64,000 bases of DNA from the human T2T-CHM13v2.0 reference genome, Homo sapiens. Position numbers and translations under genes: made by a program. Position 1 is the first letter of the stretch. Each line of letters starts with the position of its first letter. Shown in pieces: positions 44,576 to 59,514 of this stretch. The notes under the pieces are model-generated. The model had not been told where the DNA came from and searched no databases. It saw only the letters and a program-made list of their open reading frames with translations. The stretch lies in the NCBI RefSeq assembly GCF_009914755.1, contig NC_060930.1; one strand, written 5' to 3'.

Positions 44576-45174
44576 TGATGTCTTCACTTGAGCCCTTGCC
44601 ACAAGTTGTGGGAGCTTGGTGGGGAACGTGAGTGAGAAAGAAGCTGCATAGATAAGGCAGAAGATGAGAGGGAGGCAGAGATTCCCAGGGGGTGGAACAC
44701 GAAATCAACAGCATCGATATCCCCTTCCAGTGGAGACACTATCATGAACTAAGTACCTCAAGTACTTAGTTCAGGGACACAGAGCTCAGTGACCTGTGGT
44801 CATTGCCATTTGTTGTTATGTTATTAATTTTTCTTCCCAGCCTTCATAAACCACATGCACACCCCATAACTTGTGATCACTTCATACAGAGAAAAGACAT
44901 CTTAATACCCAAAGGATTAGAGGGAGCTTTCCCTTTCCCTAGAGAAATTCCCACACATTTACACACAGAGACATGTGCAAGAAGGTTTCCAGCAACACTG
45001 TAAATGCAACAAATTTGGAAACAAATGAAACGTCCATCAATAGAAGAATGAATAAATGTAGCGCAATCCTACAGTAGGATGCATGAACAAGATCTACACA
45101 CATAACATGGATGAACCTCACAATACAATATTAAGAGAAAAACAAGGAGCAGAAGAATCACATACAATGCAATA

Positions 45175-45478
<304 letters not shown>

Positions 45479-45764
45479 CAATGCAATATCATTTATACAA
45501 ACTTTTAAAACATGTAAAATATATCAAGTATCATCCAGGGATTTGTGCATATGGAGTAAAATATAAAGAAACAGATGGAAAAGATAAATAGCACATTCAG
45601 GCCAGCAGTTACCCCTGGGGAGTGAGATGGTGGGGCAGGAATAGGTGAGGAAGAGAGGGGACATCAGTTGTGTTGTGTTAATTATCTGTAGCTGAGTATC
45701 AGATTCTCACACATCTCAGCAGCTTAAAACCACAGACAGGTATTATCTCAGTTTGATATGACAA

Positions 45765-46262
45765 TGTGGATTTTTCTTCTTTGCTCTGTTAATATGATGG
45801 ATTACACTGATTGACTTTTGAATATTGAATCAGTCCGACATTCCTGGGACATGTTCCGCTTGGTCATGGCATACTATTCTTTTTCTGTGTTGCTGTATTC
45901 AGTTTTCTAGTATTTTATTTAAGGTTTTTGTTTCCATGTTCACGAGAGATGTTAGTCTGCAGTTTCTTCTATCTTCATCTGGTTTGGGTATTAGGATAAT
46001 GTTAACCTCATAAAATGAATTGGAAAATGTTCCCCTCTGTTTTCTGCAAGAGATTATGTAGAATTGGTGTTATTTCTTATTTAAATGTTTGGTAGAATTC
46101 ATCAGCGAAAACATGCAGGCCAGGAGCTTTCTTTTTTAAAGAAGGTGTTAAACTATAAATTTAATTTCTTTAATAGATACAGGATTATTCTGGCTTTTTA
46201 TTTCTTCTGGGCATACTTCGGTAGTCTGTGTTTTTTAAGGACTTGGTCAATTTCATCTAAGT
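45765..46262 (-). mobile_element. L1M internal fragment
   Basis: gattacactgattga...ttaaatgtttggtagaattca. Confidence 0.75.
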
Positions 46263-46264
46263 CA

Positions 46265-46408
46265 AAGGCCATCAGACTTTTTCAGTAAGGGAGCAGATAG
46301 ACAACAGTGCAGGTTTGGGGGGTTATTCAGGTTCTGTTGCAACTATTCAGCCCTGCCATTGCAGTATAAAAGCCCCATAGACAACACATAAGTGAATGAG
46401 CATGGCCA
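46265..46408. mobile_element. MER58A-like
   Basis: ctgttgcaactattcagccctgccattg...gaatgagcatggc. Confidence 0.65.
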
Positions 46409-46409
46409 T

Positions 46410-46850
46410 TGCATTTGTTTCCCGGAGCTGCCATAACAAAATTATCACAAACTAGGAGGCTTAACACAACAGAGATATATTCCTTCACAGTTCAGGAGTC
46501 TAGAAGTCTGAAATCAAGGTGTCATCAGTGTCATGCTCTCTCTGAAGGCCCTAGGGAAGAATCTTTCCTTGCCTCTTCCAGTCCCGGGAATTCCTTGGCC
46601 TATGGTAGCATAACGTCTACTTCAGTCTTCACGTGGCCTCCTGACCTCTGTGTCTCTCTGTATGTGTGTCCAAATCTCCCTCTCCTCTGCTTAGAAGCAC
46701 ACCAGTCTTATTTTATTTAGGGCCCATCCTACTAGAATATTACCTCATTTTAACTAATTATATTTGCAAAATCCCTATTTCCAAATAGGGTCACATTCTG
46801 AGGTTTTAAGTGGACATGAAGTTTCAGGGGATCTTATTCAACCCAGTACA
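46410..46850 (-). mobile_element. MLT1C-like solo LTR
   Basis: gctgccataacaaa...ttcaacccagtaca. Confidence 0.8.
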
Positions 46851-47933
46851 CCTGTTTTCCACTAACACTTCATTTATGAAAAAGGGCAGTGGGCTGGATT
46901 TGGTTCTGGGCTCAAGCAATCCTCCCACCTCAACCTTCCAAGTAGCTAGGACCACAGATGTGTGCCACTGCACTCAGTTTGAAGACAAAGAGAAGAAAAA
47001 AAAAAAAACCCTGGGAATTCACTCTTTGCTCCTGGGGGCCACAGCTTCTCTGATCAGAGATAAGAGTTTCCCTCTCTCATAGGCAGACTGCCCAGCTGCC
47101 TCTATTTGCTACTGCTGTACAGCCGTCACCACTGCTACCACAGTATTTGGAAACTGGAGCCAGCAAAAAGGAAAAAAAGAAAAAAACCCCAGGATTTCCC
47201 TTACTCTTGCTGACCCATAGGGGTCTCCTTCTACTCTTTGGTCCAAAAAGAGAGAGTTTTTCATGGAGCTTTCTGTGCACTTCTGAGTTTCAGGCTGCCT
47301 TTGACTCCAGGATTGGTAATACCAGAGGGGCGAAACTCCTAATTCTTTCTTAATCCACCTGCCATCATTTATTTTTCAGAATCCTCTGATATCTCCTCTA
47401 TGAATTCAGGATTTATGGTTTCATATAGTGAGAGAGACAGAATAGAGGTATGCTTACTCTATTTTCTCAGAACCAGAGCCCAAATGCTTATAAGGAGAAA
47501 AATCAAACTCCTTCAGCCAATGTCTGGAATTCTACCACTAGGGAACCCCATGATAATGGCAGCCATCTTGCCAGTCTACTTCCGAGGACCACCTCACCTA
47601 TAAAGTCATCCAACAACCACTCCAAGGCACAAGCTGTCACAAACATACACTGATGCAAACACCCAGGCCTCTCCCCTCCCCGATTCAGCCCCACCCTCAT
47701 CTTCTTTTGTATTCAGAGGGAAAGTTGCCTTCAGCCTTGAGACAAAAGAGGAGAACTCTTCCCCACTGATGACTTTACATCTCCCTGGTTGAGGGTGGTG
47801 GAGCCAGCAGAGCAGGAGTGTTGGGCCTGAGTCAGAACCTTGGGGAGCTCCTGCCACTGTCTTGGGGAGGACTAAGAACAAGAGAGCTAGAAATTTGGCT
47901 GAATCTGTGGGCCAAGACTTCCCACCCTGTCAT

Positions 47934-48263
<330 letters not shown>

Positions 48264-48724
48264 TAATTGCCTGTTTACTTCTCTATCTCTGTGGCTGGGG
48301 AACTTCTTCAAAGGGACCAGAGCCTTGTTTCCTGAGTATCTCCAGAGCTCAGCCCTGTGGCTGGGATATCAATAAAGGGATGATGAGTGTATGAATGAAT
48401 GAATGAATGAATGAGCCTCAATTCTTTGCCCTTAGCGCCTCCTCCTCCACTCCTCCTTTCTTGTCCCTCAGAAGCTAAATAAGTTACCATTTATTGGGCA
48501 TCCTCTATATACCAAATATTTAACACTTAATATTTCGTTTAATCTCCCAACGGCAGAGGTAGCATCATTCCTTTTTAGTGAAAAAACCAAAGTTAAGGAA
48601 CTTGACTAAATCACATAGTTAGCAAAATGGGAAATCAGGATTTGAACTCCGGACCATTTTTTTCAGTTGTCCATTATTCTTGGATCTCTCCTTATTTCTC
48701 CAATCTCAGTGCCACCCTGAGCAG

Positions 48725-49724
<1,000 letters not shown>

Positions 49725-50172
49725 TAGAGTAATCAGGGTATGCTGGCTGCTGTAACAAATAACCCCCAGATCTCAGTGGCTTATCACAACCAAGGTTGAT
49801 TGCCCACTCATGACACAATCCAATGTAGCTGGCAGTGGGGGAGCAGTAGAGTTCTGCTCCACACAGACATTTAGGAACCCAGGCTGCCTCCATCTAGTGA
49901 TGGAGACGATGAATAATGATACCATCATCTTCAAATTGCCATCTCCAAGGTTACCATGCAAGAGAAGGAGAGACTGTGGAGGAGAATGCAGAAGGATTTG
50001 GAAAGGATGGAAAGCTTAGAAGCAGTGTTCATTCCTTTCCTCCATATTCGATTGTCCAGAGCTCAGTTATGTGGCCCAACTGAACTGCAAGGGAGTCTAG
50101 GAAATGAAGTCTTTCTATGTGCTCAAGAGAAAGGATGCAGCTTGTTGAGTACATAACATTGTCTCTGTCACA
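49725..50172 (-). mobile_element. MaLR LTR (MLT1J-like)
   Basis: gctgctgtaacaaataacccccagatctcagtggctta. Confidence 0.7.
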
Positions 50173-50479
50173 CATGCCTTGTTCTTAGCTCTGAGCCTCT
50201 TCCTATACTCTTTCTCTCACCTTAGAATGCTTCCCTTCAGTTTCTGATAAATCCTCCCCATTCTTGAAGGCCATACTCAATCACAGTCTTTTCTTTGAAG
50301 CCCTCTCTGATTGCTCTCTCCCCTGAATGAATAAACCATGAAATTGTCTGAAATGTGCAATTTATCGCAGGGCACAGGATTGCCCTAGCCTTTGTTTGTT
50401 TTATGTGTGCAGGTCTGGACGGCAGCTGCAAGACACTCTGAGAAGTCAAAGGCCATGCCTTATAGACCTGTTCCAAAAC

Positions 50480-50990
50480 ATGTTGGCTGGAAATGAACAT
50501 CATCGGAAATGGGACAAATTGAAACCTGGTAAGATACAATAAAAGCATAGTATCCATTCTGTGATATTCTTGCCAAAGATGCATAACTTGAATCTGATCC
50601 GGAGAAAACAGACAAATCCAAATTGAGAAACTTACAAAATAACTGGCCTGTAATCTTTAAAGTTGTCAAAGTCAAGGAAAAGATCAAAGAACTGTTTCTG
50701 AGTCAAGGAAGCTACAAACATGACAGCTAAATGCAACGTGTGATTCCTGACTGAATCTTTTTGCTACAGAAGGCATTAGAGAGACAACTGTCAAAACATG
50801 AATGGGGTCTGAGGATCAGATGGTAGTAACGCAGCAGAATACCCTTGTGTGTGGGAAATATGCAGTGAAGTATTCGCAGGTTATAGGGCATCGGGTCTGC
50901 AACTTATTTCAAATGGTTCCGAAAATAAAAGTTCTTTGTACCGTACTTGCAACTCTTCTGTGAGTCTGTCATCTCAAAATTAAAAAAATG
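50480..50990 (+). mobile_element. L1MC-like 3' end
   Basis: gacaaatccaaattgag...tacaaaataactggcctgta. Confidence 0.75.
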
Positions 50991-51979
50991 AATACAATGC
51001 TTGTTGGAGGAAAATATCAATAAATCTCAAAGTACAGATAAAAAGGCACATTTCTCAGATGCCTCCTGTGGCCCTGCCCTCGTGGTTTGGGCAGTCATTA
51101 TTGTTACTGTGACAATGGCTGTAGATCGTGGACATGGCAGCCATTTGTCCTTCTCCTTCTCTCAGAGGACCCCAGTTTTGTTGAGGTTCAGCCGTGTACC
51201 CAGCCTTGGAGGATGAGTCACTGGTCTGGGCCAAATATGACATTCCTCTCCTCTTTGCCATATACTGGAGTCTAGGTCCCAGGTAACGATGCATTAGCAC
51301 TTTTCAGATCAACCCTCCTAAAGACCACGAAAAGTGCTGGATAAAATATATGTTAACAAAATAAACTTAAATGCTTCAAAAAGATGAGAAAGCAACAGGG
51401 AATACCAAGCTAATTTGGGAATGAAAGCGTCTAACCGGAGAGGTAAGCACCAAAGCTGTTTATCCTGAGGCTATTTGCAGATACTGCTCAACTGAGCTTC
51501 GAATCAAGGGAGGCTTGAGATGAGAGGGACAGAAATCAAAGTCCACGAAGGCCTGAAGTTGGGGATCTTCCAGGAGACCCTCTCCACATCAAACTGAGGC
51601 TGCCAAAGGGTGCACCCTAAGGTTATGGTGCCAGAGACTGGATTTCCTGAACTCCTTTGCAGGCAGAGGTGGCTGTATGACTCAGTTCTGGCCAATGAGA
51701 CACAAAAGTCTGCTGGACAGTCTCTGGGAAGGAATTTTCTCCCTGATGAAAGGAGAGAGTGCATGAGGAGAGCTCTCTTTTTCTTTCTTCTTCCTTGCAG
51801 CTCAGGATGTTGTCTGTGAGGCTGTGATGAAGTGCTCTGGCCGCCATCTTGTGACCATGAGGCGATGGACACTATGAACACACTGAAGGTTGCAGAGCAG
51901 AGGGATCTGTGAGGAGCCTGAGTCATTGACCAGCTCAGGAATCAACCCCTCCAGACTTTTCGCTACTTACGAAAAACCA

Positions 51980-52273
<294 letters not shown>

Positions 52274-53944
52274 TCAATGGAAGGCATCTCTCAACTGAGA
52301 AAACCATGTACACACCACAAATGCATGGCAGGGGGGCTTGCCTGCTTTTACCACTATCACTCATCCACCATGAGAGTCACAGGGTGGCCCCTCTCTGACT
52401 CCCCTGGGCCCCCAGGCAGAGCAAGGAAGGTGAAGGAAGAGTAAGAGTCCAGGCTCCTCACCCCCAGGGGTCAGAAAGTTCACAGCTATTTTTACCCCTC
52501 CTCCCCCGTCTCCTCTGCCACAGAATTGATGACATTCAGGGTTAAAATGTGTTCCCAAGCCCAGTCTCTCTTCTACCTCCCTACAGGACTTGAGCACATC
52601 TCTGGGGCTCATTTGTTTGATCTGTGAAGTTGGGGGACTGATCCTACTGTACCTGCATCTCAGGGTCAACATAAGGAACCCCTTTACCCTGTTTAGGCCT
52701 CTTACCCCTTGCTGGTGCTTTACAGACTTCATCTCATTTAATTTAATTCACAGGACACCCGCTACCAAGAGATGGTGTTATTAACACTTAGTTTACAGGC
52801 AAGAAAATGGAGACTCACTGAGCTTAAATGACTTGCCCAAGTCACACGGCTTGCAGGTTGCTTAATTCAGATCTGTCCAACTCCAAAGCATTGCCTTCCC
52901 AATCCCCCACCCTATTCCCAGCTGCCACCCCCAACCCCACAGAAGCTAGTAACACGGGTAGGTAGATGGCAGCTTAGGGCTGTAGGAATACATGAGGGTA
53001 AGGGCAATCAGGGAAGACTTCCTGGAAAAGATAGGGAGGGCTGGGTCTTGAAGCCTGGACAGAAATTAGAGAAAGATGGAAAGCCAAATGACCTGGAAGA
53101 AACTGAGCCAGACTCAGAGCTTGGGAGGGAGGGAAGGAGGAGATGTCTGGGAGTGGGGACAGGTATTGGGAGGGGCCAGTGGACATAACCATGCGAGAGG
53201 GTTTGAGTGTAGTCTGGGGTTAAGCATGCAAACTGAAGAGCCAGGGGACTGAACTGCCTCCCAACTCTGCTATTTATCAGGATTATGACCCAGAATGAAT
53301 TCGTTAACTTCTCTGGGCCTTAGTTTTTGCATCTGTAAAATGGGGATGCTAATAGTACATCCCTTGCAGGACTGTGCTGACTAAATGTACCTTGGCTACA
53401 ACAATGCCTGGTACTTCATATATGTCGTGATCACACCCTTCCTTCTTTGTAGCTCTCCTGCTCTCCCTGCAGATTTATTTGACCACTCAGAGATGCCCCA
53501 GAGAGCTCCTAGTTTGCCCCACCTCTGGAAGCCTTGATCTTTCTGCTGAAGATGCCCATTGCCCTTAGAACCCCACCAACCTGGGCTCCCTCTAACCCAC
53601 ACCCTCCTTCTCCCTCCCTCCTTCTATGTGGGGGAATGAGAGAGATAAGAACCAGCAGCTTCAATTAAAACTGAGTCGCTTGAACAATAATGGAAAAGTA
53701 ATTGAGCTAAATTGAAATGTAATTGGAAAAAAAAAAAAACAATCGTGGCTTAACATGGATTTAAAAGCCAGGCTGGGGGCAGGGAACTCTACACTCTACA
53801 GCCTCCAAATCTCCTTATCTCTTCGCCATCTCTCAGGGGGCCCCCTCACCACTCAGCCCAGAGTCCCCACAAGCTCCTCCTCATCCTCCTGAGGCTCCTC
53901 CCTTTCTCTTCTCTTTCCCAGCCTCACCTCCCCTTATCCTAAAC

Positions 53945-54162
53945 AGGGCTTCTTGATCAGGAGTAACTTTGCACGCTCATGTGCGCACACACACACCATC
54001 TAACAGTGTCTGGAGGCAACTTTGGTTGTCATGACTTGGGGACGGGGGTGGATACTACTGGCATCTACTGTGTAGGGCCAGGGGTGCTGCAAAGCATTCT
54101 ACAGTGCCCAGGACAACCTCCACAATCAAGAATTGCTAAGAGTGCTGAGATCGAGAAACCCT
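53945..54162. mobile_element. MER20-like
   Basis: tgtctggaggcaactttggttgtcatgacttgggg...gagaaaccct. Confidence 0.75.
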
Positions 54163-56547
54163 CTCTACTCCATCTTTCCACTCTGCTGAGGCCCCCAACC
54201 CTCAACTAAGGGGCCTCTATTATCCTTTTCCCTCTCCAGCATCAGAGAGGCACCCCCTTTGATGTATGTGCCCTATAAACCCAAAGACCTGGACCTTCAG
54301 AAGAGAGAAGAATAGATGTCCTTACTTCCTGAGGGCCACATCCTAGCCCCCTACCCTCTGCCAGGGGAACTCAGCCCTCTCTTCCTTCCTCTCCTCCCCA
54401 TCCCTTTTCTCCCTCCCTCCTTCCTTACTCCTTTCCCTCCTCCCACTCCCTTGCAAAGGCCCATCTGGAGGCCAAGGAGCAGACAGGATGACCTTTAAAT
54501 CTTCCTGCCCATCCACATTACCCAAAAAGGCCTCAGAGGTCAGTCCTTGGAGGGATGCTACTGGGGGCCAGAATCACCACATCCCAGGATGTGCAAGGCA
54601 GAAATGTCCTTGGAGATCATCCCAGTAGGAAGGAGGAAGCTGGCCCGGGAAGGGAGGCCAGGCTCGGGGCTGGCTGGCACAGAGCTGAGGCCACCCAACC
54701 TCCAGACTCCCATCCATGAGCTGGCCACTGCCCATGTGAGGATGAGGAGGGAGGAGCATCTCCAGGTCCTCAGATCCTCTTCCCTCTATTCATACTGGAA
54801 CTTAGCCCTTCTGCCCACAGAAGCCAGGCCTGCCCCTGTCTGCCTGTCCAACTCCTTCCATCTCTTCCCTTCCGCCCCCTCCTCCAGGCTCCTGGTGTGT
54901 GACTCCACGCGGGGGTAGGAACTTGGGAAGGCAGGGAGGTGAGCAGGAGGTGTCTGTTTGGGCTCCCGATAAACTCAGGAGTCAGCCGGCGTGAAATGAA
55001 GAAATATGGCTCCCGGTAAATATTTATTTTCTATCAGAAATTAGCAAACCAAATGTAATTAAAAACAACTCTGTGTGCCTTCTCCACTCCCACCCCCAAC
55101 CCCAAGTCTAGAAAATGACATCTCAGAATAGTGAGTCATAAAGACCGTGTCCTAATTAGCAGGCCACCCGCTGCTGCTGAGGCTGCCTTCCTCAGACTCC
55201 CCAGGAAGTGACGGGGGCCTGGCGTGGACTCAGGTCATCGAGGTGGCCTCTGAAGATCTCCTCTAGCCTCCATCCGGGTCTAAAGAGTTCGAACCCTGAG
55301 CAGGGACCAACAAGGGGAAAGAGAGAATGAAACAGATCTCTCACTTTTGAGTCTGATGGGGGAGGCAGAGCATCTTTCTGGCAGTGGGTGCTGGTTAAGG
55401 AAACTGGGTTTGGAAAATCAGCAGAACCTGATTCCCTCACTTTCTAGCTGTGTGGCCTTGGACAACTCCCTTTAATTCTGCCAGCCTCAGTTTCCTCATT
55501 TGTAAAATGGGGATCGTGAGGCCTACCTTGCAGAGTCACCAAAAATGTAGTGAACCCCTGCTTTGTGCCGGGTTGTGGGGCTAGAGCAATGACCCAACCA
55601 GACATCTCTACTCTCCGGACTTACCTCCTGGTGGTCCTGGTAGTACTCAGTTGTACAGCCTCCATCCACCACCCCAGCCTACCAAGTCCTGGCAGTATTG
55701 TCACCCCAGTGGGCTGGGTAATAGTTACCCCTCTTTGTTGAGCACCTACTGTGTGTCTGGTGCTGTGATAGGCTTTGCTCCCACAAGGTGGCTAGACTAG
55801 TTGGAGGGCTCGGTTCCAAGTCTAAGTCCCACGCTGCCTTGGGATGGAGCACTGGGTGAACAGAGATCCTGACTTTGGCTGCTTTGCTCCTCCCCTTAGC
55901 TTAGGCTGTGGGTTGCTGTGCTCAACAAGTATTCCATATCCATCCTTCCTCCAGAAATGCTGTTTCCTGCTGTCTACACCTCTAGTTAAAAAATCCCCAA
56001 TGTTCTAGTGCCAGCAGGGTGAAGTTTGGCCCTGCTTACAGGGTCTCCACAGCTCACTTCCCTGACCTGGGTGGCACAGGCTTCTGACTTGGCCACTGAA
56101 GCAGTTGTTGTCAGGCCTACCCGGGTCCCTTCACCCTTACTCCCTGCAATGCACCAGCCCAACTTCGGACTACTAGTCCCTGCACCCCTTTGCCCAAGAC
56201 CTCTCTCTGGAGCAGCCCAAAGCATCCTGCTAGGCTTGCAAATGCCACCTCCTCTAGGAAGCCTACCCTGACTCCTGGAGCCTGCCCAACTCTGCCTCTT
56301 GGCTCTAGCTGCCTTCAACTCTGTGTGAACTCTATTTTGGGCACTTGGCACAGACCGCCTGGTATTAGGAGCTCCATTTCACATGTCCAAGGTTTATCTC
56401 ATCACATAGACCCTTCCTTCCTTCCTCACCAAATCCTGCCACCAAATGTTATGGGTTCAAGTCCTGACTCTCTCACTTAAAAGTTGTGTGAGCTGGCACA
56501 AGTTATTTAACTTCCCTAAGCCCCAATCTCCTCATCTGTAAATCATG

Positions 56548-57140
56548 ATTTTTTTTTTAAGAGATGGGGATCTCACTGTGTTTCCCAGGCTGGAGTGTAG
56601 TAGTGCAATCCTAGCTCACTGCAGCCTCCAATTCCTGGACTGAAGAGATAGTCCCGTCTCAGCCTCCTGAGTAGCTGGGACAACAGGTCTGCACCACCAC
56701 GCCTGGCTAATTTTTATATTTTCTTTTTTTTTTTTTTTTTGAGATGGAGTATCACTCTGTCACCCAGGCTAGAGTTCAGTGGCATGATCTCGGCTCACTG
56801 CAGTCTCTGCCCCCAACCCCCGGTTCAAGCGATTCTCCTGCCTCAGCCTCCTGAGTGGCTGGGATTACAGGCGCCTACCACCGCGTCTGGCTAATTTTTG
56901 TGTTTTGTAGTAGAGACGGGGTTTTGCCATCTTGGCCAGGCTGGTCTGGAACTCCTGACCTCGTGATCCACCCGCCTCAGCCTCCCAAAGTACTGGGATT
57001 ACAGGCACGAGCCACCACTCCTGGCCAGTTTTTATATTTTCTGTAGAGACAGGGTTTCACCATCTTGCCCAGGCTGGTCTCGAACCCCTGATCTCAAACA
57101 ACCTGCTCGACTCGGTCTCCGAAGTTATTGTGATTACAGT
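56548..57140 (-). mobile_element. Older Alu (J-like) interrupted by a nested AluS (~56723-57025)
   Basis: Right arm, complete second Alu, then left arm; TSD ttttatattttc. Confidence 0.9.
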
Positions 57141-57309
57141 CTTTTTTTTTAGATTTTAGCGATGGGGGTTTCACTAATGGAAACTTCCCTCATGCTTGTT
57201 TCGAGAAATAAAGGAGATGGGGTAAACTACTTGACAAGATGCCAGCCATACAGTGAGGGGAGGAAACAGCTCTGCCCCTGTAGTTGATAACTATGATACA
57301 GTCTTCCTA

Positions 57310-57840
57310 GCCAGGGCCCTGCTTCTGGGATTGGCATTCCTCTTGTTTTGGGGAACTGACCCCACCACCCCAGCTCTGTGGTTCTACTAGAGGGTGTTTA
57401 TCATGGGTCCCCACCCCTTGGCCATCAGATGAGCAGTTGAAAGCTGAGCCAATGCTCAAAGCTGGGCCGACTGGAATTCTTCCCTGGGATTTCTCAAACT
57501 GGAGCTGGGACATGTTCAGCTCTTATCTGAAGGCAAAGCCATGAGACATGAGAAAGTAAGGGGGCTGCGGCTAGCAGCACATCACCTAGCACGTGGGGGA
57601 GAGGGTCTGAGGGACTCAGGTCAGTAGGCACAGGAGCAGGTACCAGAGCAAGAATAGAGCGGTGGCAGGGTCCCAGTCCTGGGTTCCAGATGTCTCCAGG
57701 GCTCTCCTTCCTGCTGGTGGCTCCCTTCCTTTGACTATGAGAGATCTTCTGAATCCTCATCAAGCCCTTTATTGCCTTCGTTCAATCATTTCAGCTGGGT
57801 TTCTTTCATTTGTTTCCCATCAAGTCCTGGCCAACACAGA
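57310..57840 (+). mobile_element. Old MaLR LTR (MLT1K/L-like)
   Basis: gaattcttccctgggattt...ctgggttccag. Confidence 0.5.
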
Positions 57841-58552
57841 ACTCCCAGAAAACCACCTTTCCTCCATCTGCCCGTGACAAGGCACAAACTTCCAGGGTGG
57901 AGAAGGGAAGGTGAGGGGAGCCTCTGAGCCTCTCCTAAAAGTGCTTCCTATTTTCCTTTCTCACAAAAGATATAATAGAAAGAAACTTCAACCCCAAAGC
58001 AGGCAATTAGTGATGAGGAAGTACTTTCCAACAGCCAGGAGCGTGAGGCTGAGAAGCTGGAGTTAAGTTGGTGGAGTGCTGCAGGGCAGAGGGGCTGCTC
58101 CAGGAGACCTCCAGAGCCCTGGGGTCTCTGTGGGGCTCGATTGCCCCCCTGTCTACCCATTGGCTCACATCCAGGTGGCTGGGGGCTCCCAGGAGGTAAG
58201 AAGGCGGACTAGAGCCCCCAGCAGGCCAGCTGAGTTGGGGGCGGATGCTGGCTTCCTGTCTGATCGGCTACTGTTTTACTCCATTCTTCAGACTGCTCAA
58301 GGAAAATTGCCTCCCTAATTGGCTCTTCTCTCAAACAAGCTTTAATGAGCCTAAACTTCATTCCAAGGGTGCTTAACCACCCTCGAGCATCACTGAATGC
58401 CATCTGCAGCCCCCGCCACAGTCGCTGCCCACGCCACAAGGGGCCCTGGCGGGGAGACAGTGGGGACAGACCCAAGAGTCTTGCCCTGCATGACGCAGAC
58501 GCCCAAACACTCTGCTCCAAACCTGCAAAGTCAGGGAGGAGGAAGCCTTAAT

Positions 58553-58690
58553 GCAGGGAGCCCCAGTCTGAGGGAGACAGAGCCCCATCCTCAAGGAGCC
58601 TCAGTCTGAGGGAGACACAGCCCCATCCTCAGGGAGCCCCAGTCTGAGGGGAGACACAGCCTCTGTACCAGAGAAGCTCCTAGCCTGAGG
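58553..58690 (-). repeat. 39-bp minisatellite (~3.5 units)
   Basis: ggagccccagtctgagggagacacagccccatcctca repeated. Confidence 0.9.
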
Positions 58691-59514
58691 TAGGAGACAT
58701 AAGCTTTGTCCTTAGGAATCCCCTAGAATTATGAGGGAACACTATTTCTGCCCTGGTTCACTTACCCATCAAGAAATATTTATTAATCATCTCCTATCTG
58801 TCATGCTGTGTTCCAGCACTGGATTGGAGATACAGCTGTGAACAGAAAGAACAAAAGTCCCTGCTCTGTTGGACTCATGCTGTAGCAGGAAGGAAGCACC
58901 ACCCACTACCCACTGCCTCCCAGCCCTCAGCCCCAACTCAAGCTTCCAGTCTGGAGAAGAGACATGGGCACTGAAGGCCGCCTTGCAGGAGAGACTGGCT
59001 GTACTACTGGGGTAAAACTGAATTCCTGTAATAGAGAATCCAAAACCCAGATACACATGAGAGGTTTATAACCTCCTCCATAGCAGCTTGAGTCTAGGGT
59101 AGTGAGCAGCTCTCCTCCAAAGGTGACGTGGAGACCCTGGCTCCCTCCATCTTGTTCCTCCATCATTCCCCTAGGGTGAAGGACAGCCCCACTCTCCTAC
59201 AGGGTCAGGACTGAAGTGGCCTCCATCACTTCCTTTCACTTGCCATTGGAGCGAGCTTGGCAAGGGAGGCTGGGAAGCACGGTGCATCTGGGCAGCCATG
59301 AGCGCCTGGCCTGCAGTTCCATCAGCATGAGGAAGGGAGGATGAATCTGCGTTGTCAACTAGCAATCTACTCCACTGTGAGCCTTGATTCACCAAGCAAT
59401 CAACTCTTGGAGGACGAGAATCTCATCTACTATGCCCATCCCCACACCTGGCACAACCCTGGGCACACAAAATACCTCTTGGTTCAAAAGCTGTTTGAGA
59501 AATAGGAAGTTGAT

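Noticed and set aside
51839-51852. YY1-like CAAGATGGCGGC on the minus strand
   Set aside because: Lies in an MLT1 LTR where gccatcttg is a standard consensus feature.
58553-58690. Regularly spaced ~39-bp repeats as a CRISPR-like array
   Set aside because: Head-to-tail units without unique spacers, in primate DNA with no cas genes.
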